Of a stretch of 38,485 nt of DNA, positions 15,061-24,346 are shown in pieces. Under the pieces are notes generated by a model. That model did no database searches, was not told the DNA's origin, and saw only the letters and a program-made list of their open reading frames with translations. The position numbers and the translations under genes are program-made. Position 1 is the stretch's first letter, and each line of letters begins with the position of its first letter. This DNA comes from an uncultured Planctomycetales bacterium. GTDB taxonomy: Bacteria > Omnitrophota > Gorgyraeia > Gygaellales > Profunditerraquicolaceae. The stretch covers positions 1 to 38,485 of the forward strand of contig CAZEBD010000003.1 in the NCBI GenBank assembly GCA_964510625.1, in the 5' to 3' direction.

Positions 15061-15876
15061 ATGAATGAGCAGGATTTCGTAGAGCAGGAAAAACAGCTTA
15101 AAGAGAGAATGTCTAAAATTAAGCATCCTCTGATTGTGATGAGCGGTAAAGGCGGGGTAGGCAAGACTACGGTAGCGGTTAACCTTGCGTATGCACTTTC
15201 TCTTACTGGTAAGTCAGTCGGTATTTTAGATATCGATCTCCATGGGCCTAATATTGCTAAAATGCTTGGTATAGAGAGCCACTCAATCTCCGCCCACAAG
15301 CTTGGTATAGAGCCTGTTTTAGTCAGCGCAAATCTTAAAGCAGTGAGCATCGCCCTTTCAGGCTACAATCCTGATCAGCCGATAATTTGGCGTGGGCCTG
15401 CGAAAGCCGCGGTGATCCGGCAATTTTTAAGTGATGTAAACTGGGGCAATTTAGATTATCTGGTGATTGACGCTCCTCCCGGGACAGGGGATGAGCCGTT
15501 AAGCGCTTGCCAACTTATTCCTAATTTAAGCGGGATTATTATCGTAACTACGCCGCAGGATGTTGCTATACTTGATGCGCGAAAAAGTGTTTTGTTCGCT
15601 CAGGAAATAAAAGTACCGGTAGTCGGTATAATTGAAAATATGAGCGGGTTTATTTGCCCGCATTGCCAGGGGCAAACAGATATTTTTAAAAAAGGCGGTG
15701 GTGAGCAAGCTGCGCAAGGATTAAAGGTTCCGTTTTTAGGCAGGGTGCCGTTTCAGCCGGAATTTGTTGATTTTGGCGATAAGGGAACACCGTTTGTTTC
15801 ATTTCAAGAAAAATCAAAATCCGCCGAGGCCTTTATGGGAATTGTGGATAAAATAAAAGAATTTGTCGAGCAATAG
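15061..15876 (+). CDS. apbC: Mrp/ApbC/NBP35-family Fe-S cluster carrier ATPase
   Basis: 271 aa. VMSGKGGVGKTTVAVNLA, LVIDAPPGTGDE, and the CPHC cluster-bridging motif (FICPHCQGQTDIF). Confidence 0.85.
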   Translation: MNEQDFVEQEKQLKERMSKIKHPLIVMSGKGGVGKTTVAVNLAYALSLTGKSVGILDIDLHGPNIAKMLGIESHSISAHKLGIEPVLVSANLKAVSIALSGYNPDQPIIWRGPAKAAVIRQFLSDVNWGNLDYLVIDAPPGTGDEPLSACQLIPNLSGIIIVTTPQDVAILDARKSVLFAQEIKVPVVGIIENMSGFICPHCQGQTDIFKKGGGEQAAQGLKVPFLGRVPFQPEFVDFGDKGTPFVSFQEKSKSAEAFMGIVDKIKEFVEQ

Positions 15877-15879
15877 ATT

Positions 15880-16671
15880 ATGAAAACCGCGTTTAAATAT
15901 ATTTATGGCCCGGTTCCTTCTTGGAGGCTGGGAAGCTCTTTAGGGATAGACCCGATCTCCAAAGGGAGAAAAATTTGTAGTTTTGATTGTATTTATTGTC
16001 AGATTGGGAAAACGGGGCTTTTTACTCATGAAAGAAAAAAATTTATTGAAATTAAGGAGATTGTTGAGGAACTGTCTATTTTGCCTCCGTTGAAAATAGA
16101 TTATATAACATTTTCAGGGGCCGGGGAACCTACATTGGCTGAGAATTTAGGGGAGATGATAAAAGCAGTAAAATTAATCCGTAAAGAGCCAATTGCAGTT
16201 ATAACTAATGGCTCTTTAATGGAATTAAGCCAGGTAAGAGCGGAGCTGGCTTTAGCAGATTTTGTTATTGTTAAGCTAGATGCCTGTTCTCAAGAGTCTT
16301 TACAGGAGATTAATCGGCCGGTTAAGGTGGTAAGATTCGATAATATTTTAGAAGGCATAAAGGAATTTAGGGGTAATTATCAGGGAAAGTTAGCCTTGCA
16401 GATAATGTTCATAGAAAACAATAAACAGGATATTAATAAATATATTTATCTTACAAATTATATCAATCCGGATGAGGTCCAGTTAAATACGCCGTTAAGG
16501 CCTTGTCATGTTAAACCGTTAGCAGAGGGAGAAATTTTAAAGATAAAGAGTTATTTTAATTCCGTTTGTAAAGGGGTTAATCTGATTTCGGTTTATGATG
16601 AACGGGCGCCTAAGGATATTGCATCTATAAGCGATGAAGAGACTTTGAAAAGGCGGGGTAAAATTAAGTGA
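15880..16671 (+). CDS. Radical SAM protein (subfamily unknown)
   Basis: 263 aa. YGPVPSWRLGSSLGIDP...CSFDCIYCQ (Cx3Cx2C) and FSGAGEPTL (SAM-binding GGE-like). Confidence 0.8.
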   Translation: MKTAFKYIYGPVPSWRLGSSLGIDPISKGRKICSFDCIYCQIGKTGLFTHERKKFIEIKEIVEELSILPPLKIDYITFSGAGEPTLAENLGEMIKAVKLIRKEPIAVITNGSLMELSQVRAELALADFVIVKLDACSQESLQEINRPVKVVRFDNILEGIKEFRGNYQGKLALQIMFIENNKQDINKYIYLTNYINPDEVQLNTPLRPCHVKPLAEGEILKIKSYFNSVCKGVNLISVYDERAPKDIASISDEETLKRRGKIK

Positions 16672-17570
16672 AAACTTATTTAGATTGTATTCCCTGCTTT
16701 TTTAGGCAAGCGCTTGAGCAAGGGCGTTTATTCACCGAGAATAAGTTTATTCATAAAGAAATAATGGATGACGTTGCCTCTTTAGTCCCCGGGTTTTCTT
16801 TGGAATTAACTCCTCCGGAAATGGCGCGAAAGATGCAAAAACTTTTTGGAAAAAGGTTCGCTGAGCTTGACCTTTATAAAAGAGTTAAAGACCAAAGCAA
16901 CCGCCGGGCAATGAAGCTTTATGCGAGACTTAAAGAAAAGATTGCTCAATCCAAGGACCGTTTGTTAACAGCGATTGAATTTGCTATAGCGGGTAATGTC
17001 ATTGATTACGCGGCAAAGAACACTTTGGATATTGAGTCGGAGATCCAGAAATTATTTAAAGATAATTTTACTGCCGGCCGGAAGAGCGTATTTGATTATA
17101 AAGGTTTTAAGAAGGTTTTAAAATCGGCAAAAACAGTTCTTTATTTGGCTGACAATGCCGGCGAGATTGTTTTTGACCGGGTTTTTATTGAGGAGTTTTG
17201 CGACCACCGGAAAGTTATTTTTGCAGTTCGGGATAAGCCGGCAATCAATGACGCCCTTAAGGAAGACGCGGTTTTTTGCGGGATAGATAAAACGGCCCAG
17301 GTTATTTCTAGTGGAGTTGATGCGCCAGGCACTATTTTAAAATACTGTTCAGATGAATTTCTAAAGATTTTCAGGCGTGCGGATATAGTCATTAGTAAGG
17401 GCCAGGGGAATTTTGAGGCTTTGTCGCAAGAAAAAAGGTCTATTTTCTTTTTGTTTATGGTGAAATGCCCGGTTATCGCAAAGGAGACCGGCTGTAAGAT
17501 GGGGGATATAGTATTGTTGCACAATTTAAATAAAAATGGAGCCATTAGAAATAAAAAAATATCCGGATAG
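16668..17570 (+). CDS. DUF89 / ARMT1-like damage-control phosphatase family protein
   Basis: 300 aa. LYLADNAGEIVFD and ISKGQGNFEAL match the DUF89 metal-site signature. 4-nt overlap with the radical SAM gene. Confidence 0.7.
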   Translation: MKTYLDCIPCFFRQALEQGRLFTENKFIHKEIMDDVASLVPGFSLELTPPEMARKMQKLFGKRFAELDLYKRVKDQSNRRAMKLYARLKEKIAQSKDRLLTAIEFAIAGNVIDYAAKNTLDIESEIQKLFKDNFTAGRKSVFDYKGFKKVLKSAKTVLYLADNAGEIVFDRVFIEEFCDHRKVIFAVRDKPAINDALKEDAVFCGIDKTAQVISSGVDAPGTILKYCSDEFLKIFRRADIVISKGQGNFEALSQEKRSIFFLFMVKCPVIAKETGCKMGDIVLLHNLNKNGAIRNKKISG

Positions 17571-18048
17571 CGTTTTAAGAAAGAAAGCGCTTGAGATAAA
17601 AGAGGTTACAGATACAGAAGTAAGGCTTTTTGAAGAGATGCTTTTTACTATGCGGTATTTTACGGGGATTGGTTTAGCGGCCCCTCAAATCGGGGTTGCA
17701 AAAAGTTTAATCGTTGTGGATATCGGCGAAGGCGCAATCAAATTAGCTAATCCGGTGATTATGGGTTCAAAAGGTTTAGGTAAAAAATGGGAGGAAGGAT
17801 GTTTAAGTGTTCCGGGAATAGGGGTGAGTATTGCCCGGCCGGAGGAAATTATCGTAAGCGGGTTAAATGAATCGGGAAAGGTTATTGAACTGGAGGCGCA
17901 GGGGCTTTTAGCAAGAGTTTTACAGCATGAAATAGACCACTTGCAAGGAAAACTAATTATTGATTATTTGGGATTATTGGAAAAGACGATGTTGTTCAAG
18001 CTGAAATTTCAAAAGGCCAAAGAAAAACATACCAATCTATCAATGTAA
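17536..18048 (+). CDS. def: Peptide deformylase
   Basis: 170 aa. All three motifs are present: GIGLAAPQIG, EGCLSVPG and QHEIDHLQG. Confidence 0.9.
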   Translation: MEPLEIKKYPDSVLRKKALEIKEVTDTEVRLFEEMLFTMRYFTGIGLAAPQIGVAKSLIVVDIGEGAIKLANPVIMGSKGLGKKWEEGCLSVPGIGVSIARPEEIIVSGLNESGKVIELEAQGLLARVLQHEIDHLQGKLIIDYLGLLEKTMLFKLKFQKAKEKHTNLSM

Positions 18049-18459
18049 ATGAAATTAGTCACGAAAGATATTCATTACGCGATTAAATCGCTGCTTTATT
18101 TTGCTAAAGATAGCGCTAGGGTAGTTTCGGTGGATGAGCTGGTAAAGAAATTGAATATGCGCAAAGCTTTTTTACGCAAGATTCTGCAGGCCTTAAGCAA
18201 GCGGGGAATATTAAAGTCTTTAAAAGGCAACCGTGGGGGCTTTGTGTTGAATGTCAAGCCGGATAAAATACGCATTATAGATATAGTAAGTATTTCCCGG
18301 GATGATTCAGATATCTTTAGTTGTTTATTTGAGAAAAATATTTGTATTCATCCTGATACATGCTTACTAATGCGGAAGATGAAGAATATTGAGTTTCAAT
18401 TAAATAATACATTAAGACAGATTACCATAGCGAAATTACTTAAGAGCATGAGCAGGTAG
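18049..18459 (+). CDS. Rrf2-family transcriptional regulator with candidate Fe-S ligand cysteines
   Basis: 136 aa. N-terminal wHTH (YAIKSLLYFA...FLRKILQALSKRGILKSLKGNRGGF) and SCLFEKNICIHPDTC (C-x6-C-x5-C). Confidence 0.75.
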   Translation: MKLVTKDIHYAIKSLLYFAKDSARVVSVDELVKKLNMRKAFLRKILQALSKRGILKSLKGNRGGFVLNVKPDKIRIIDIVSISRDDSDIFSCLFEKNICIHPDTCLLMRKMKNIEFQLNNTLRQITIAKLLKSMSR

Positions 18460-18514
18460 GTTAGAAAAGGGCGAAATTTATTAATGAAATATTTGCTGTA
18501 ATGGAGGGGAGAAA

Positions 18515-18835
18515 ATGGGGATCGATGTAACTGATGTTAATTTTAAACAAGAGGTGTTGGACGAAGTTTTGCCTGTTTTGGTGGATTTTTGGGCTGTATG
18601 GTGTGGGCCTTGCCTGAGGCTTGCTCCGGAAATTGAACAAATTACCAGAGAATATAAAGGAAAATTAAAAGTCTGTAAATTGAACGTGGATGATGCCCCT
18701 AAAATGGCTTCCCGCTATGGTATTGCGAGTATACCGACATTAGTGATTTTTAAAAATGGGGAAGTCGTAGATAGAATTGTAGGCGCGCTCTCTAAGGCAG
18801 AGATTGAAACGGCAATTAAGCCTCATTTGATATAA
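18515..18835 (+). CDS. trxA: Thioredoxin
   Basis: 106 aa. VLVDFWAVWCGPC active site and SIPTLVIFKNGE. Confidence 0.9.
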   Translation: MGIDVTDVNFKQEVLDEVLPVLVDFWAVWCGPCLRLAPEIEQITREYKGKLKVCKLNVDDAPKMASRYGIASIPTLVIFKNGEVVDRIVGALSKAEIETAIKPHLI

Positions 18836-18878
18836 GTAATATATAGTCAGCCAAAGATATAAATAGGATTATAATACG

Positions 18879-19193
18879 ATGAATTTCAAACAAATTGATG
18901 AAGCAAGAAAAACATTAGGATTAGACGAAACGGCGAGCATAGAAGAGATTAAAGAAGCCTTTAGAAGTTTAGCTCTTAAATACCATCCTGATAGATGTAA
19001 GCAGAAAGATAAGCAATACTGTGAAGAAATATTTAAAAAGATAAACCACGCCAGAGATATTATCTTAAGCTATTGCGCAAATTATCGGTATTCTTTTAAA
19101 GAGAAAGAGGTAAAGAAAAATACTATGTCAAAAGAAGAATACGAACACCTCAAAAGGTTCTATGACGGTTGGTTCGGAGACCTGGATTTATGA
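18879..19193 (+). CDS. J-domain (DnaJ-like) protein
   Basis: 104 aa. IKEAFRSLALKYHPDR with the HPD tripeptide. No Gly/Phe or zinc-finger region follows. Confidence 0.75.
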   Translation: MNFKQIDEARKTLGLDETASIEEIKEAFRSLALKYHPDRCKQKDKQYCEEIFKKINHARDIILSYCANYRYSFKEKEVKKNTMSKEEYEHLKRFYDGWFGDLDL

Positions 19194-19810
19194 GTGATAC
19201 CTTTGATAAGCATTATAAGAAATATGACACCTGGTATGATAAGCATAAATTTGCATTTTTGTCAGAGCTGGAGGCAATAAGAAAAGTACTGCCGCAGAAT
19301 GGAAAAGGGCTGGAAATTGGCGTTGGCACAGGCAGATTTGCTTCCAGATTAGGGATCAAGTGCGGGGTTGATCCTTCTGAAAATATGCTCAAAATTGCCA
19401 AAAAAAGAAGAATAGATGTTCGTCATGCTCAAGGGGAAAGATTGCCATTTGATAGTTCCACCTTTGATTATATTGCCATTATAATCACTTTGTGTTTTGT
19501 TAAAGATCCTATTAAAGTATTAATAGAAGCCAAAAGAGTTTTAAAGAAACATGGCAGGGTGATTATCGGAATTATTGATAAGGACAGTTTTTTAGGCAGA
19601 TTTTATCAGGGTAAAAAAAGTTTGTTTTATGAACAGGCACATTTTTTCGGGGCAAAAGAAGTCGCTAATTTGCTTAAGATGTCTGGTTTTGGCAGGGTTT
19701 CGTATTATCAAGCGATATATAAATTTCCGGATAAAATGAATTCAGTGGAGAGGCCTAAAAAAGGCTTTGGCAGGGGTAGTTTTGTAGTGATATCGGCAAG
19801 AAAGAAATAA
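19190..19810 (+). CDS. Class I SAM-dependent methyltransferase (type-11-like)
   Basis: 206 aa from ATG 19190 (ATGA overlap with the J-protein stop). GLEIGVGTGRF, LPFDSSTFDYI and LKKHGRVIIG. Confidence 0.7.
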   Translation: MSDTFDKHYKKYDTWYDKHKFAFLSELEAIRKVLPQNGKGLEIGVGTGRFASRLGIKCGVDPSENMLKIAKKRRIDVRHAQGERLPFDSSTFDYIAIIITLCFVKDPIKVLIEAKRVLKKHGRVIIGIIDKDSFLGRFYQGKKSLFYEQAHFFGAKEVANLLKMSGFGRVSYYQAIYKFPDKMNSVERPKKGFGRGSFVVISARKK

Positions 19811-19836
19811 CTATAGTAAAAATGGAGGGCAATTAG

Positions 19837-20577
19837 ATGAATTTTATATGGGCGCTAAGTGCTAGTATTATCGTTAGCCTAATCTCTTTGATCGGTGTTG
19901 TCAGTCTGATTTTAAAAGAAAATCTGCTCAGTAAAATTCTTCTTTTGTTGATTAGTTTTTCTGCCGGCGCGTTAATCGGTGGAGCGTTTTTACACCTCAT
20001 TCCTGAAGCGGTAGAAAAAATCGGGCCTAGTAGCCAAGTTTATTTATTTGTCATTGTTGGGTTTATTTTATTTTTTATATTAGAGAAGTACATGCATTGG
20101 CGTCATTGCCACAAAGGAAAATGCGAGATTCACACGTTTACCTATCTTAATCTTATTGGCGATGGGGTGCATAATTTTATCGATGGCTTGATTATCGGTT
20201 CTTCTTTTGTAGTGAATATCAATTTTGGTATGGCTACGTCATTTGCGATTATCATGCACGAAATACCTCAGGAGATAGGGGATTTTGGGGTATTAATCTA
20301 CGGAGGATTAAGCCGAAACAAAGCGCTATTTTATAACTTCTTATCAGCTATAACCGCCATTTTGGGAACGGTGATCGGCTTTGCTCTGGCTAATGTCTCA
20401 GGTGTATTTCTGAGATTACTTATGCCGGTGGCCGCAGGAGGATTTATCTATATTGCAAGCTGTGATCTTATTCCGGAATTACATAAAGAACAGGACCTTA
20501 AAAAAGCTACGCTTTCAATGTTAGTTTTTATGCTTGGTGTGGCGTTTATGTATTTTGCGGCAGTGATACATCATTAA
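19837..20577 (+). CDS. ZIP-family divalent metal (zinc/iron) transporter, ZupT-like
   Basis: 246 aa, multi-TM. GDGVHNFIDG and HEIPQEIGDF signature helices. Confidence 0.8.
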   Translation: MNFIWALSASIIVSLISLIGVVSLILKENLLSKILLLLISFSAGALIGGAFLHLIPEAVEKIGPSSQVYLFVIVGFILFFILEKYMHWRHCHKGKCEIHTFTYLNLIGDGVHNFIDGLIIGSSFVVNINFGMATSFAIIMHEIPQEIGDFGVLIYGGLSRNKALFYNFLSAITAILGTVIGFALANVSGVFLRLLMPVAAGGFIYIASCDLIPELHKEQDLKKATLSMLVFMLGVAFMYFAAVIHH

Positions 20578-20581
20578 TACT

Positions 20582-21295
20582 ATGAAGATTAAAATTATCG
20601 CTGTAGGTTCAAGTAAATGGGAGCGGTTTATCCGCAGGTGGGGTGTTTCGTTTTTAATCGATGAAGATGTGCTTTTTGATACTTTTGGTGATCCAGGGGT
20701 GCTTTTAAAAAATATCCGGAAGTTTAACATTGATGTTGCTAAAATCAAGCATATTGTTTTATCGCACGATGACTGGGATCATATATCCGGGTTATGGTAT
20801 TTGTTAGGGGATCGGAAAGATATTACAGTTTATATTTGTCCGGGGTCTGACCGGGAGGTAAAGAATAGAATTGCTTCTTTCGGTGTCCGGGTCGTTGAAG
20901 TCGAGCCGTTTATGGAAATTAAAAAAGATATATTTTCTACCGGCCAGATTCAAGGCGTTTGCGCAGATAGGGTAATTTTTGAACAGGCTTTGGCCGTTAA
21001 GTTTTTAAAAAACATAACGATTATTACGGGTTGCGCGCATCCCGGGATTGTTAATATTGTAAATAATGTAAAAAAACATTTTTCAAAGGAGCAAATTTAC
21101 TTTGTGCTTGGGGGGTTGCATTTAAAAGACAATACAGATGGAACAAACGCGGCTATTATAGAGGAGTTACGAGATTCTGGCGTTCGTAAAATTGCCCCGA
21201 TGCACTGTACCGGTAAGCGGGCAACGCAGGCGATGCGCGGAGCTTTTGGTTATGGATTTGTGCGAGTCAGAGAAGGGGATGGTTTCGGGCTATAA
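20582..21295 (+). CDS. Metallo-beta-lactamase-fold protein (short, COG1237-like)
   Basis: 237 aa. WGVSFLIDE..LFDTFGD and VLSHDDWDH (a variant of HxHxDH), then GCAHPG and APMHCTG. Confidence 0.6.
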   Translation: MKIKIIAVGSSKWERFIRRWGVSFLIDEDVLFDTFGDPGVLLKNIRKFNIDVAKIKHIVLSHDDWDHISGLWYLLGDRKDITVYICPGSDREVKNRIASFGVRVVEVEPFMEIKKDIFSTGQIQGVCADRVIFEQALAVKFLKNITIITGCAHPGIVNIVNNVKKHFSKEQIYFVLGGLHLKDNTDGTNAAIIEELRDSGVRKIAPMHCTGKRATQAMRGAFGYGFVRVREGDGFGL

Positions 21296-21296
21296 A

Positions 21297-21617
21297 ATGA
21301 AAATAGGCATTATTATTTCAAGTAATGACGCAGAGACCTGTTGGAATGCCCTTAGGTATGCTAATTTTGCTCTTGGCCAGAATGATGAAGTCAAAGTTTT
21401 CTTCATGGGTAAGGGTGTTGAGTATCAGAAGGCCAGTACTGATAAATTTAATACCGTTGAGCAGGCAGATAGATTTTTACAATCCAGCGGTAAGATTTAT
21501 GCTTGCGGAGCATGCATTAAAAGTAGAGAACAGGAAGGTAGCCAAATGTGCCCGATTTCGACCATGAAAGATATGTACGAAATCATCAAAGAGAGCGATA
21601 AGGTAGTTACTTTTTAA
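21297..21617 (+). CDS. DsrE/DsrF-like family small protein
   Basis: 106 aa from ATG 21297; the longer track ORF overlaps the MBL gene in another frame. MKIGIIISSNDAETCWNALRYA...VKVFFMGKGV...IYACGACIK resembles the DsrE-fold family. Confidence 0.5.
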   Translation: MKIGIIISSNDAETCWNALRYANFALGQNDEVKVFFMGKGVEYQKASTDKFNTVEQADRFLQSSGKIYACGACIKSREQEGSQMCPISTMKDMYEIIKESDKVVTF

Positions 21618-21628
21618 AAGAAAAAATT

Positions 21629-21667
21629 AGCGCTGATTCTTAAACTGGATCAGCGCTATTTTTTTTC
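21629..21667 (+). terminator. Rho-independent terminator ending the long metal/Fe-S gene string
   Basis: AGCGCTGAT-11 nt-ATCAGCGCT followed by TATTTTTTTT. An A-run upstream suggests it may work in both directions. Confidence 0.85.
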
Positions 21668-21731
21668 GGGTTAAAGCGCCAAGGCTTGAGACCGGTGAGA
21701 GGTTTTTGTGTTCTGTTTGATGATTATAAGG

Positions 21732-21737
21732 TATAAT
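21732..21737 (+). promoter_or_regulatory. Consensus -10 box placed for a leaderless antiporter mRNA
   Basis: TATAAT lies 7 nt upstream of the ATG at 21745, the same spacing as at 3751-3764. There is no Shine-Dalgarno sequence in between, and I saw no convincing -35. Confidence 0.35.
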
Positions 21738-21744
21738 ACTATTC

Positions 21745-23217
21745 ATGGAACTTGAAATTATTTTATTTGGGGTAGCGGCATTGATATTCCTCAGCGTTGT
21801 CTCAAGCAAGCTTTCGGACAAATTTGCTATTCCGGCATTATTACTTTTTTTGATGATCGGGATGCTTGCCGGCTCAGAAGGGATCGGCAGGATCCATTTC
21901 AATAATGCGCAGCTGGCCAAATCCATCGGAGTCATTGCCCTTGTTTTTATCATATTCTCCGGCGGCCTGGATACTAATTGGAGGGATACTAAACCGGTAG
22001 CCTGGCCGGGGGTTATTTTGTCTACGTTAGGGGTTTTGCTGACTGCGGTGATCACCGGGCTTTGTGCCGTTTATATCTTAAAATTTTCTTTTTTCGAAGG
22101 GATGCTTTTAGGTTCGATCGTTTCTTCTACCGATGCTGCAGCAGTATTTAGTATTTTAAGGTCTAAACGTATCAGTTTAAAACAACCCCTGAAGCCACTG
22201 CTTGAATTTGAGTCAGGAAGCAATGATCCGATGGCAGTATTCCTGACAGCCGGTTTTATCAGCATTTTGACGGCGAAAAATATGGGCGTTCTTGCTTTGG
22301 TCCCCGGTTTCTTCCTGAATATGGGCATGGGGGCGCTGGTCGGCTATCTCATGGCCAGGTTTATCGTAATATTTATTAACCGGATGAAATTGTACTACGA
22401 AGGGTTATATCCGGTGATGATGATCTCCTTGGTTGTCCTGACTTATGTCATCGCTGTTTTGTTAAAAGGTAGCGGGATCCTTGCGGTGTATCTTGCGGGA
22501 TTGATGTTGGGGCAGGCAGAGTTTCCGAACAAGAAAACGATTATAAGATTTCATGATGGCCTGGCCTGGCTTATGCAAATCGCGATGTTTGTAACCTTGG
22601 GCCTCTTGGTTTTTCCCTCACATATCGTTCCGTTAATCGGGGCGGGATTATTGCTTACTTTGATCCTTATGCTGGTTGCCCGGCCGGTTAGCGTATTTTT
22701 ATGTTTATTACCGTTTAAAATAAGTATGCGTAAAAAGACTATGGTTGCCTGGGTCGGCCTCAGGGGGTCGGTCCCGATTATCCTGGCGACATTTCCTTTT
22801 ATGGCCGGTATTCCGCAGGCCGATACAATTTTTAATATCGTCTTTTTTATTGTTATTGCCTCGGTGCTGATTCAGGGATCTTCCATACCGGTTGTCTCCA
22901 GGATATTGAAGCTGAATACTCCCTGGGTCAGCCGGAAGAGTTATCCTCTTGAATTTGAAAAGACAAAAGGAATGGATGCAGAATTAACGGATATTATCGT
23001 TCCTTATAATTCAGTGGCCGCAGGTAAAATGATCCGCGAACTGAAGGTGCCTGAGAAATGCCTGATTATGCTTGTTTCCAGAAACGATAAATTTATCATT
23101 CCATCCGGGGCTACGGTTATTGAGGAAGGCGATGTTTTATTGATGTTGGCAAATAATGAAGATTTTTTGGCTATGCAGCAGGCGTTGGGATCTGTAAAAA
23201 AAGAAGAACCATTATAA
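21745..23217 (+). CDS. K+/H+ (cation/proton) antiporter, CPA1 NhaP2/CvrA-like, with a C-terminal TrkA-C/RCK_C domain
   Basis: 490 aa. About 12 TM helices (GSIVSSTDAAAVFSIL, ESGSNDPMAV), then a soluble tail IVPYNSVAAGKMIRELKVPEKCLIMLVSRNDKFIIPSGATVIEEGDVLLML. Confidence 0.8.
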   Translation: MELEIILFGVAALIFLSVVSSKLSDKFAIPALLLFLMIGMLAGSEGIGRIHFNNAQLAKSIGVIALVFIIFSGGLDTNWRDTKPVAWPGVILSTLGVLLTAVITGLCAVYILKFSFFEGMLLGSIVSSTDAAAVFSILRSKRISLKQPLKPLLEFESGSNDPMAVFLTAGFISILTAKNMGVLALVPGFFLNMGMGALVGYLMARFIVIFINRMKLYYEGLYPVMMISLVVLTYVIAVLLKGSGILAVYLAGLMLGQAEFPNKKTIIRFHDGLAWLMQIAMFVTLGLLVFPSHIVPLIGAGLLLTLILMLVARPVSVFLCLLPFKISMRKKTMVAWVGLRGSVPIILATFPFMAGIPQADTIFNIVFFIVIASVLIQGSSIPVVSRILKLNTPWVSRKSYPLEFEKTKGMDAELTDIIVPYNSVAAGKMIRELKVPEKCLIMLVSRNDKFIIPSGATVIEEGDVLLMLANNEDFLAMQQALGSVKKEEPL

Positions 23218-23251
23218 AAATGTTGGCGAATAATGGAAGTTAAGCAAACTT

Positions 23252-24346
23252 ATGAATAAAAAATTTACGGATTTAGATATAGGTAACTTAAGAATTAAGA
23301 TACCGATTATTCAGGGTGGGATGGGGGTGCGCGTATCTTCTTCTGCGTTAGCTTCGGCAGTATCCAATGAAGGGGCACTGGGAGTGATTGCTGCGGTCGG
23401 GTTAGGGGAGGAATGCGGTAATGAAAAGCGGGATTACAAGATGCGTTCGCGTGATGAGTTCACTAATATCATCAGAGATACCCGGAGGATGACCAAAAAT
23501 CCTTTTGGCGTCAATATTATGTCGGTGCTGACTAATTATGATGAGTTAGTGGAAGCCGCTCAGGCTGAATCGGTGGATGTGATTATTTCCGGTTCCGGTT
23601 TACCGCTGCGCCTGCCGGCTTTGATTAAGAATGCCCGGACTAAGCTTGTTCCGATTGTTTCCTCCGCCCGGGCAGCGCAGATTATTTGCAGTACCTGGGC
23701 CAGGAGGTATAAGCGCCTGCCGGATGCTTTTATTGTTGAAGGGCCGCTTGCCGGCGGGCATCTGGGTTTTAGCCTGGCTGAGCTTGCCGATGGAAAGCAT
23801 TTTTTTCTGGATAGAATTCTGGCTGAGGTATTAGCGGTGGCGCGCGCTTTTGAGAATGAGCAGAAGCGGATCCCGGTGATTGCCGCCGGAGGGATTTTTG
23901 ACGGTAAAGATATTGCCAGGGTCATGCGCTTAGGCGCCAGCGGAGTGCAGATGGCCACGCGTTTTGTTTGCACCAATGAATGCGATGTTTCCCCGAATTA
24001 TAAAGAGGCATATCTTAATGCGAAAAAAGAGGATATTGTGGTGATTCAGAGCCCGGTTGGGCTGCCGGGACGGGTAATCCGTAATGAATTTGTTAAGAAG
24101 GTAACCGAGGGGGTCAGGGTGCCTTTTGCCTGTGAGTATAAATGTTTGTATACTTGTGATGCTAAAAAAGTCAATTATTGTATTGCCAAAGCGCTGTTAA
24201 ATGCTTACCGGGGCCAGATGGATAAGGGGTTTGCCATGTGCGGCAGCAATGCCTACCGGATAAAAACGATCGTCCCGGTTAAGGATTTAATTGATGAATT
24301 GGTTAGAGAAACAGAGGTTTATTTAAATACTTTAAATGAAGAATAA
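23252..24346 (+). CDS. Nitronate monooxygenase / FabK-like FMN-dependent oxidoreductase family protein
   Basis: 364 aa. PIIQGGMGVRVSS, VEGPLAGGHLG, IPVIAAGGIFDGKDIA and GASGVQMATRF. Confidence 0.75.
   Translation: MNKKFTDLDIGNLRIKIPIIQGGMGVRVSSSALASAVSNEGALGVIAAVGLGEECGNEKRDYKMRSRDEFTNIIRDTRRMTKNPFGVNIMSVLTNYDELVEAAQAESVDVIISGSGLPLRLPALIKNARTKLVPIVSSARAAQIICSTWARRYKRLPDAFIVEGPLAGGHLGFSLAELADGKHFFLDRILAEVLAVARAFENEQKRIPVIAAGGIFDGKDIARVMRLGASGVQMATRFVCTNECDVSPNYKEAYLNAKKEDIVVIQSPVGLPGRVIRNEFVKKVTEGVRVPFACEYKCLYTCDAKKVNYCIAKALLNAYRGQMDKGFAMCGSNAYRIKTIVPVKDLIDELVRETEVYLNTLNEE

Noticed and set aside
6487-21617. Encapsulin nanocompartment or magnetosome-type biomineralisation island
   Set aside because: No HK97-fold shell-sized ORF is present. 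I saw no MamB/M-type CDF, MamK actin, MamE/O protease or Mad-like genes. Only an isolated EncFtn-like gene and generic Fe-S proteins are present.
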